From: Chrysemys picta bellii
Taxonomy: Eukaryota
Assembly (NCBI RefSeq): GCF_011386835.1
Contig: NC_088793.1
Span: 103,540,001 to 103,604,000, forward strand
Direction: 5' to 3'
Length of the DNA stretch: 64,000 nucleotides
In this document: in pieces, positions 40,111 to 64,000 of the stretch
How the letters are laid out: the number at the start of each line of letters is the position of its first letter
Position numbering within the stretch: the stretch's first letter is position 1
Position numbers and translations under genes: made by a program
The notes under the pieces: generated by a model
Seen by the model: the letters and a program-made list of their open reading frames with translations, nothing else
What the model was told of the DNA's origin: nothing
Database searches by the model: none

Positions 40111-41791
40111 AGATACACCAGAGGAAAATTAGTATGAGTGGAGAATCAGGCCCTAGCAGCCAAATTCTGTTTTCATTTACACCAACATAAATTCAGAGTA
40201 CCACCAATGACATCAGCAGCATTACTTTGGGTTTATTCTAGTATAAATGGGAGAAAAATTTGGACTTCTGTCCATTCTGAAGTCAGTCTGAAAGTGCACC
40301 TCAGTCAGGGAACACATTTAAAAGCAACACACAACAAAAGCCTCTCTCTTTGACAGCAGGCACACATTATAATGACAGACTCCAGAATAAACCATGAATA
40401 TAGATAGAGCAAATCATTTTCTGTGTGTAGTATCATTTTAAGAGCATTTACTGCTATTTCTTGACATAATATATTTAAATGAAGCGGTCCGTAAAAAAAA
40501 GTTTGCCCATGTTTAGGTCTATTTGTCCTGTTTACCATTATTAATCTAATTTGTCCAATACTTTTATCACACTGTGTTTCAAATCAATTAATAAGAAAAT
40601 TAAGAAATACAACTATTACCCTGGAAATACAAAGTGTCAGAAGCTGAGATGAAAGAAAGGAAGCTTAGAGTCTGCAGCGTGACCAGATTATGTGGGAGAG
40701 GTATTTTGTACTGTGCAGACCCTAACGCATACAATACTAATATCCTACTATATTGTTATCTTTGTATTAATCTTAAGGCTGTGATGTAAATAACCTGCTA
40801 TAGGTTAGATGGATGCACTAGATGTTTCTTATTTTCTGTACTGTGCCTTGGAAAGAAAAGTATATCATTTTATTTATTTATTTATGAGAGCATTGTGTTT
40901 CATTGTATGCACTGTGTTGGTTTACTGTACTATCAAGCTCACACTGCTAAATATAGATTCATAGTTTCTGGCAGTCCAATACACTTTCATCCTTTGCAGA
41001 GTGTAAGACTCAAATACAGCCCTGGTTTAAGCACATGCAAATTTGCTGGTGGCCAAGGAATTGGTCCCACTTCCCCCAGGGTTGAATTTGACCCTACTGC
41101 ACTCTGCAGAAACAAAACATAGTGCTGTTGTTTCAGAACTAATTAAATAACAGTCTTTGTAGAACACATGTTCAGCTTCTATAGTATTCTGTTTTTGCAG
41201 TTGGGAGGCCCCGGGCATAGCTCTCCCTTCCAAGCCATTATACAAAGAGGGGTTGCCACAAAAAAGAACCACTGCTAAAATGTGCAGGATTTTCCATCAT
41301 TCAGGAAGGATCATCATTTCATCCAGTTTATACCTCTTTCCTCTCATCCTGATATTAAACAGCTGCACTCTATAGTGCTCTCCTATTGGCAGCATGAAGC
41401 ACTCAGGTTACTATTGATTTTCCCTTAGCCTTATACAGAGATCATTACTTACTTTAGACCTTATAGCAGGGTCTTCCAAGACTGGGCCACTGTGAGAACC
41501 TGAAATATAGTTTGCACTTGAATTCAACTGAATCTCTGTATTCTGCAGTCCTTTTTTACACAAAACTTCTATTGACTTCCATGTGGTGACTCAGACCTTG
41601 ATGTTTGCTACTGGCTGAGCTACCTACATGCACTCCAGAATGTGGGTGGTGATACATGAAGAGGGTGTATTCTTCACCCTCTTCATGTATCAGGGAGGCT
41701 GTGAGGTCATGGCCCTCTTCATGTATTCCTGAGTTCCTCTGCATAGAGGGCTTGGCTTAGCACAGAGAGGCTCTTCTTCATTAACTCTTGA

Positions 41792-42288
41792 CAGGTTTCA
41801 GAGTATTTCAATCAACAAAGGATTAAATAAGGATTGGGAATGGCTGAGCCATTACAAACATTGAATCTATCTCCCCTTGTAAAAAGAAGAACAGGAGTAC
41901 TTGTGGCACCTTAGAGACTAACAAATTTATTAGAGCATAAGCTTTCGTGGACTACAGCCCACTTCTTCGGATGCATATAGAATGGCTGAGCCATTACAAA
42001 CATTGATTCTATCTCCCCTTGTAAGTATGCTCACACTTCTTATCAAACTGTCTGTACTGGGCTATCTTGATTATCACTTTAAAAGTTTTTTTTCTCTTAA
42101 TTAATTGGCCTCTCAGAGTTGGTAAGACAACTCCCACCTGTTTATGCTCTCTGTATGTGTGTATATATATCTCCTCAATATATGTTCCATTCTATATGCA
42201 TCCGAAGAAGTGGGCTGTAGTCCACGAAAGCTTATGCTCTAATAAATTTGTTAGTCTCTAAGGTGCCACAAGTACTCCTGTTCTTTTT
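41792..42288. mobile_element. Young Penelope-like 3' fragment with inversion
   Basis: End of ORF INKGLNKDWEWLSHYKH* (41811-41864); perfect 99-bp inverted repeat 41887-41985 / 42187-42285; 12-bp TSD ATTAACTCTTGA (41780-91, 42289-300). Confidence 0.88.
42198..42237 (+). ncRNA. Minimal type-I hammerhead ribozyme motif (mirror copy at 41935-41974, minus strand)
   Basis: GCAU-CCGAAGA-A-GUGGGC UGUA GUCCAC-GAAA-GC-UU-AUGC; 6-bp stem II; U4C core variant. Confidence 0.62.
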
Positions 42289-44175
42289 ATTAACTCTTGA
42301 GTGGATTTCACCTAGCCTTTCTACTGTTCCTCTACCCACTGATGGAACTCCAGCCCATTGCAAGGTCCTCCACAGGACACTGGAGAAGGTGATAACAATG
42401 GGATGGAATTAAGTATTTGACTGTCATTTTTGAATGGTTGTCCTTGTACAGACCCTCAGTACATTGTCTGGTTTGGCCCTTCCAGATTAATCAAAATGTA
42501 AATTTTCAAGAAGATGGCCTGCCTTTATGGTACTATTTATACCTACCTTTTTGTTCCTGCAGTTCCCTTGCGGTTACAAATCTGAGTAGTGACACCTTTA
42601 ACTAGCTTGATTGCAGGTACAGGTCAATAAATTAGAAGTCTGACTGCTCAAATGTACACTCTCAATTCATTTTGCAGGAGTAAAAATGTAGGTGCAGATT
42701 TTCAGTCATAAATTGTACCCACAATTAAGGGAGCCTGGAATATAACACAAAATATACATACCCCTAAGTGACTTGACATGCAAGAAGTCTGTGGCATAAC
42801 CCATGTTAGAACTGAGGCCTCCTGACTCCCCCTCTTGTGTCTTAACCACTCTTCTTTCCTTATTCACATAAACAAAATTATATATGAGAGAGTCTATGAT
42901 AAAGAAACCACATCAATTTAAATTCTGCCTCAAATCTAAATGTTAGAACAAACCTTTTTTTATCAAATTTTTCAAAATTTCTGTCATTTAAAACCAGCTG
43001 ATTTTAAGCAATAAACATTCTTCTGCAGCATATAAACCCCAAACATTACAGCAACAAGAATCCAAAAATGAAACAAACAATAAAAGTAAAACCTACTTCA
43101 TTGATTTTCATTGTCCAATCTGAGGGAAATGCAAACAGCAAACAGCACAAATAATAACTGTTTTAAAAATATTACTTTTGATAATCTAAGGTGTTACTGG
43201 TAACATGGGTAAAGAAAGGTGTTGGTTTATAACATAATTTTAAGTTGGCAGTGTCCCTTTAAGGTTCTATAACAAACCCTGAAAAAACAGGAACAGATAA
43301 CGGTTAAGAATTAAAGCTGGTATTTGCAAAATGGCCTGAGAAAATTAAGCACCAACTCCTAGCCTTTTTGAAAAACCCAGTCTAAAGGCACAATCCTATA
43401 ATCCTTCCTCCAGATAAATTCCCATTAAAATGAATGGAAGTTTTGCCTAAGGATTGCAGGACTGAACACCAGACTTCCAGGAGCTAAACATAGCACACAA
43501 CAGGAAAATATCAATGATGAACCCATAGTGCCCACATTATGGATTTCATTCTGAACGGTGTTTTTTTTTTTTACATACTTTAATATAGTGTGTGTCGGTG
43601 GTGGTGTGGGGAGTAAAGATTTAGTATTTTTGTGTATTATCCTATATTTACAATGTACATAATTACTTTTATTGAGTTACTTATTATAGTTTCCATAAGT
43701 AAATAAAAGATCACTGAAACATGTAGTTATGCCTTTTACAATTATTCTGTCATCTGGTGCAATTGCTGTAAATAGGTGCAGAGACATCATAAATTAATGA
43801 AGTCTGGGCAGGAAGAGGTTAACAATAAGAAAAAATGTGTCACTGCACATCCAGAGTACATGGTTTTAAAGTTCAATATCTCAGATATAAACAGGGCTTC
43901 AGCAAAGATATGCAAAAATCCCCCTGACACCCAAAATTGTTTTAAGTTGTGCAAATGTGAAAAGAAAAGAAGTTCTGGCTACTTTCTTTTAGTTAATCAT
44001 TATTATATTGTAAACTTTACGGATGCAAGACATTCCCCCGTGATGTGCACAAATCCTGTTGACATCAGTGGGAGCTGCACACATATATCTTGGAAGATGA
44101 CTGACGGTTAAATTAATTTTGTTACAGAATAAAAGCTTTCCCCCTGAAAGTTATGTTTTGCTTGCAGTTTCATGT

Positions 44176-45085
44176 AGAATCATCATCATCATCACTCCCA
44201 TAACTGCACTGGTTGTTGGGGCACCATCATTGATGAGCAATCAACCAATTGTCTCCACCCCTGACGATTGTGCGTCAGTGGTTGAGTCTCCGCGAAGTCC
44301 ATTCCAGTCCACTCTTTTATGTTGTCAATCCATCTCTTCTTATGTCTACTTCTTCTTCTCTTCCCCTGCACTGCCCCTTGGAGGATGATCTTGGATAGGC
44401 CAGATGATTTTGTTACATGGCTGTACCACTTCAGCTTGCACTTCTTTGTGGTCATCAGGAGGTCTTCATATGACCCAGCGCGTTGGGTGATGATGTTGCG
44501 GACCTCTTCATTAGTGAGGTGGTCAAAGTAGGAGAGGCCCAGAATTTTATGGAAGTATCTCATCTCTACCACCTTTATTTTCCATTCAAGTTCTGCCGTA
44601 AGGGTCCATGTCTCGCACACATACAGAAAAATTGAGATGATCAGTGCGTGCAGTAGTTTCAGTTTGGATTCCAGGAAGATGTTCTTGTTCCTCCAAATTG
44701 GCTTTAGCTTTGCTACTGTTGCTGTTGTTTGCGCAGTTCTTGCCAGAATTTCTGCCTTTGATCCTTCATCAGTGATGATTGCCCCCAAATACGTGAACCG
44801 TTTCACTGTCTCCAGCTCTTGTCCACTTACAGTGATATGTTGCCGGATTCCGTGATGTTTGTTTGTCATTAGCTTGGTTTTCTCTGCACTGATTTCCATG
44901 CCATATTTTGCAGAGGTTTCATCCAATCATTTCACAAGGTTGGCAAGTTCATCTTCGCTACCTGCCAGGCCATCAATGTCATCAGCAAACTAAAGATTTG
45001 AGATTGTTCACCACCCAATGCTGACTATGCTCTTCTAGGGCATCAGTCATTATGTGCTCCAAGAATGCGCTCCATGTTGAACACA
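44176..45085 (-). mobile_element. RTE-clade LINE, 5'-truncated
   Basis: ORF 44192..44926 (YGMEISAEKTK...FTYLG...FLYVCETWTL...KWYSHV...RWIDNIKEWT); FADDID motif ~44975-44992; (TGA)n tail. Confidence 0.88.
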
Positions 45086-46199
45086 GACAGACAAATTGAT
45101 TTTTTTTTTAATTCTGGGAGGAAAAATGTGTTTGTTTGGGTTCACAATAGAAATGGCGTATTCATAAATGTAAATACCTCCAAGGAAGCTTGAACATATA
45201 ACCACTCACTTACTTAACTCAGCAGACAATAACAGAAATTCAATAAATTAATTTGTGGAAACTTCAATATGAATAGACTGGGGATGTGTTGAGTTTGTCT
45301 TAGCTAACATTCATTCTTTATGTATCTGAAAGTAGTCAAAAAAGGGAAAACATCTTCCTTAAGGGAAGGAAGGACCATGAAACAGCACATTTAGGAGGTA
45401 TTTCATATATGTAATAGACAATATGCACATATTTCACTAAATGACCAATTTTTACTCACATTGAGTACTATTTAGTCATGGTGAGTAATACTTAAACAAG
45501 TAGGTCCATCAAATTCAAGGTCCCCTTCTTATATTTGTCTTGGTTAAAGGCCTACCTTAGAGCCCATTTGTGAAAACCACACTCACATTGAGCAGTACTT
45601 ATTCATATGTGTCCTACTAATGTAAAGAGCTTTGTGCAAGGGATGCAGGATTAGACCCTAAGAAACCAGGTGAGGTAAAATAAGTACCACCCCCATCAAC
45701 AACAGTGCAGCATACATTTTCCAAATAAAAGTTCTATTCTTGTGGATTGCCACCAGTTTTGATTCTTGAGCTGACAAACTCTGATTATACATGAGAATAA
45801 GTAAGGGTTACTTTGCTACAAATAAGAGATGTTCTCTCTGTAACATACAACGAGCATAACTGGGTATAATTCTGAAGATTTGATGTTTCCCTTCATGAAT
45901 ACCAACTTAATTGCCATCAACTTCCTTTGGAACACTTTTAATAAACCATCAGCACCGCTGCTCAGTAACCAATTTTTATCAGTCCCTTAAGAACTGCATT
46001 AAGATGCTACAGTATAATAAGCTTTGTCCTCTGCAGTCTACCCCCCGACTCCAAAAGGATTTCTTTACCAGAAGAAACTCTGAGGCCATGAGTAGTTCTT
46101 GCCCTCCCTGAATTGCCAATACAACTTCTCTTGAAGTCAATGGGTGGTGACTTCAAGGGATGCTAGAATGGGTCCTTGGCTTTTTAGTATGTCAGCATT

Positions 46200-46400
46200 T
46201 ATTATTCTTATTATTCCCTTTTTATCTGAGAATTTCAGTGTACTTTACAAAAAATAATATGTTAAACCTAACAACCTTGGGAATTAGGAAATTAGACCCA
46301 TTATGCAAATGGCCAAACAGAAGCACAGAATGGCAAAGGGTTTTGCCCAAGGTCACATAGTGAGTCAGTAGCAAAGCTGCAGTGAGAACACCTTACTGCT
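46200..46400 (-). mobile_element. CORE-SINE relic
   Basis: cccattatgcaaatggccaaacagaagcacaga...ttgcccaaggtcacatagtgagtcag. Confidence 0.6.
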
Positions 46401-48238
46401 AATGTATTGAAGTTCATGTTTCCGATGGCGTCATGACTTCTGACTCCTAACGATCTAGGGAGTGCCCCTGACAGACAATTCACGCACAGATATTAAGACA
46501 AATTATATTATGAAATATATACAGAATTAAACAGGCATGTATGTAAACATAAAATGTTGCAGTCACTAGTGTGTTAACTGCTCCAATTAAAAAGTCTACA
46601 TAACTGCAAGGGCTACAGTATGTGGCTGTTTATTATAAATGACTGTGTTATATGCTTTACACTTTGTATTTTATTCACGACTATCTTGAAAGAAGTCTTC
46701 CACTTCTAAAAAGCCCTAAAGGACTTGGAGTGAAGTGAGCTCAGGCCTCTGGCTCAGCAAGTTTGGAAGGTTTTGTAGAGTGCACGGTTAGATTCAGAGA
46801 GGAACAACACCACCGAGAACTCATAAATTGTCATTCTTTTGGGTACGCTTTCAGTCTGAGTATCCTTCTGATGATTTGCCTGGGTAATTTTAAAGTGCAC
46901 ATCTTAGAATGTGGATCTTTTGTGGTCTTGTTCTTTAAAAATAGCCTGACACTTTAGAGTCCATAAAACTGAAAGTGCTCAGGGTGCTTATGGCTCCATT
47001 GTCCCCCAGACGGAATGAAGGCAAGAAACGTTCATTCATAAACTAAGCCTTTCGTGGCAGGGTCCATAAACTGAGGAACACCACAGGTGTCTGAGTTGTA
47101 ACTTGCAGAGTAGCCTGGGAACTTTGCATGTTTCACCATTTTCAAATTGTGACTCATTTATGTATCAAAAAAAAAAAAAGTTTTCTGGAGCTCATCGGAC
47201 ACCCACTACCTCTGCTAAAAAGGGGAAGGCAAGCTGCAGCAACAGGCACAGTCCAGGTCCCGGCAGCAGCAAGAGGAACGAGAGTAAAAATCCCCAGCGG
47301 GACTGCATGACAAACTCCAGCAAAAATCAGACTCCTACACCAGCAGCAACATAAACCCAAACAAACAATGGTTCGTCCCTTACAAACTACTGGGCTTCAC
47401 TCCCTTCGTTTTGGTTTTTCAATGTAAACCCTTTTGAACCAGAGCAAACTAAAGCTAAACAAGCAAACAAGAAACAGGTGCACTTTGAGCCGGGGACATT
47501 TCCCCCTTCCACTGAATGAACTACTCACACACAGCTCAGAGTAACCCAGAGTCAGAGTCACACACCACACATAGACTCACACATACACATAATGATACAC
47601 ACACAGAGCTCTATCCAGCCAATCCTACTCCACCGCCACGCAGGCAGATTCAGACCCACCACATCCCGCACTGGCTTGCGGAAGCAGGACCCCCGCACCC
47701 CACCCACAGCTGGACCCCCTGTCCCTCGCACCCGCGTGCCAGGGACGCACCCCAGAGGGGGCTCCTCTCAGGCTGTGGCCATTCGGCTGAGGGACATGTC
47801 ACACCATTGGGGCTGTGCGCCTTGCTCTGAAATGCACCCAGCTCAAGTCCTCCCTCCTCTAGTGTGGGGGTTGTTTAATTACTACACAGTTCTTTCGCAT
47901 CAACCCCCCGGAGAGCTGGCGCGGGGCAGCGGGGGCTGAGAGCGGCCCCTCTTAGCTCTGCTGCCCAGGGACGACTTGGGGGGGGGGGAGTCATGGGGAC
48001 TTGATGCTGCTGAGCGGGGATTGTGCAGCAAAAGGCGCCTCTCCTGCTGCCGCGCTCCCTCCCCCTTGCCCCGCTCCTGGCCGCCGCCGTCGCGCGGGCT
48101 CCCAGCCACGCAGAGGGAGAGGGAGAGGCGGCACGGCTGGAAGCCTCTTCTCAGCCAGCCGGGGACCGCGGGCACTGCAATAAAACCCCAGCAGCGCTGA
48201 GAGGCGTGCTCAGAGAGGCGCTTGCGCACATCGCAGGG

Positions 48239-48256
48239 GCGCCAGATTTGGCGGGA
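48239..48256. promoter_or_regulatory. Inverted E2F-type dyad in MYB promoter
   Basis: GCGCCAGA-TTTGGCGGGA: TTTGGCGG on +, TCTGGCGC on -. Confidence 0.65.
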
Positions 48257-48330
48257 GTGGGAGTGTCCAAAAAGCCCTTTGTTTGATGGCATCTCTGTTT
48301 ACAGAGTTTACTCTTTAATCTCAACCTGTT

Positions 48331-48348
48331 TCCTCCTCCTCCTCCTCC
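48331..48348 (+). repeat. (TCC)6 / (GGA)6 tract at MYB transcription start
   Basis: tcctcctcctcctcctcc directly after aacctgtt. Confidence 0.9.
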
Positions 48349-48465
48349 TACTGCTGCTCCTGAAAACTTCACTGTGCGGCGGTGGAGCACTTTTAAGCAG
48401 CACAGAAAGCAAAGCACTTCAGCCAGCACAGGTCCCCCCTTCCTCCCCCAGTGGCTAGTCCCAGG

Positions 48466-62655
<14,190 letters not shown>

Positions 62656-64000
62656 GTAGATCAAGTCTTCTGCACAGATGTTACTAATTCTCAAGTCACC
62701 AGAGTATTAACAGTTTAGAAACTAATCCTTTGGAACAAATGACTAATTACTGTTGCACTTGATGATTTCACTCCATGTTTGAATCTTCTTACTGCTGTTC
62801 ATCTTCACCACTGAGTTTAGATGATCAGCAAGCTAACTGTTGATTCTCTTTTTTTATTGTCTCTCTAATTCCTGGTGGTTTTGAAGGGGAAGATGGTTGT
62901 TTGCTTTCTCTTGCTTTTAATTCCTCCAACTACCAGAGTTTAACATTTCTGTTCATTGTAACACTTTCCCATCTATGTCCATTTACACAGTGTGATTCAC
63001 TGACCCAGAAAAACCCAAACTCTGTTTATTTAAATAACATGCAGATTGTGAGACGAACTGACAACAGCCAGAAAATTCAAATGATTCTTGGGGTGGGGTG
63101 GGACAGGGATGAGGAGAAAATTTGTGTATGAAGATCATCTTGGTCTCCATTTCGAATTTCCTGTCATTTGTTGCTTTGTTTCACAGCTGTACCACTGTCA
63201 GCATGATTTTTTTTCTTTGTGGATTTCTTGGTTTTCTTTTATGATGGTTCTTAAAGAGAGAAAAATAATTTATTGGAGTTTATAAAATGCATTTTATTTA
63301 TCTAAAGGTCTGCTACATTTGCATTTAGGTATATTTAAATGTAAATTATTGACCGATCTAAGTGCATATTTTGAGATGTACTATATTTTTGTATGTGCAT
63401 CTTTTTAATTTGTCACAAGTAGGCCTACTGGGTAATATATATTTTGGCAAAACTTTAACTAACAGAGAAATGATGCCACTAAATTCATAGATTCATAAAC
63501 ATTAGAGATGGAAATGAGGTTAAGGCGACACACTCCCAATGCAGAATTTTTACCTAAATAATACAACTGTCTCCTTTTCAATCAGTCCAATACTTGCATT
63601 TCAGAACATTCAGTGCATTTATAGCTTGCTATAATTTTCATTTTGTGTTGTGCAAATGGAGTACTCTATTTTCAGAGAGATAATGAGTTCAGTGTCCTAT
63701 AATAAACACTTTATTTACTAATTTAAAAACATGCCTGATACCTTACGTAAAGCTTAATGGAATTAAACCACCTTGCTTTATGAGCCAACTCCTGAAGTCC
63801 TTTCCTATTTTTATTGAGGCCTTACTTAGGCAAATGGTGATTGAAGTCATTTGCAGTTTATTTGATTAAAAACTGAATAGAGTTCTTAAGATTTAGCTCT
63901 GTGAGTAGTGGTAAATGCTTCTTATTGGAACAGAAAGTAATTTTTGTTCATACTTCCAGCACTAGAAATGCTAATTTTTGCTTCATGATTCTCTCAACCA

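Noticed and set aside
63900-64000. MYB exon 10
   Set aside because: No FLNTS-like coding sequence before the window ends; the pyrimidine-rich end may be its acceptor but this cannot be confirmed

Overview
Vertebrate genomic DNA, most likely a turtle (judged from the repeat families and a sauropsid-type MYB). The right quarter holds the 5' part of the c-MYB proto-oncogene on the + strand. Exon 1 (ATG at 48466) through exon 9 and the alternative 363-nt exon 9B were all assembled by hand with GT-AG boundaries; exon 10 onward lies beyond the window. The promoter is TATA-less, with an E2F dyad and a (TCC)6 tract. The left ~47 kb is upstream intergenic DNA (HBS1L-MYB interval by mammalian synteny; HBS1L itself is not visible). 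It contains a nested transposon stack: an old Gypsy relic, containing a Gmr1-type Gypsy (integrase before RT, SCAN-like capsid, chimeric LTRs), containing a near-intact Chapaev3 DNA transposon. It also has a second Gypsy, CR1 and RTE LINE pieces, hAT and Harbinger MITEs, and CORE-SINEs. The most unusual signal is four short Penelope-derived inverted-repeat insertions with 10-14 bp target duplications, whose arms carry minimal type-I hammerhead-ribozyme motifs; one lies in MYB intron 5. Several haematopoietic enhancer-like motif clusters occur in the unique DNA. All calls come from reading the sequence by eye; no searches were run.
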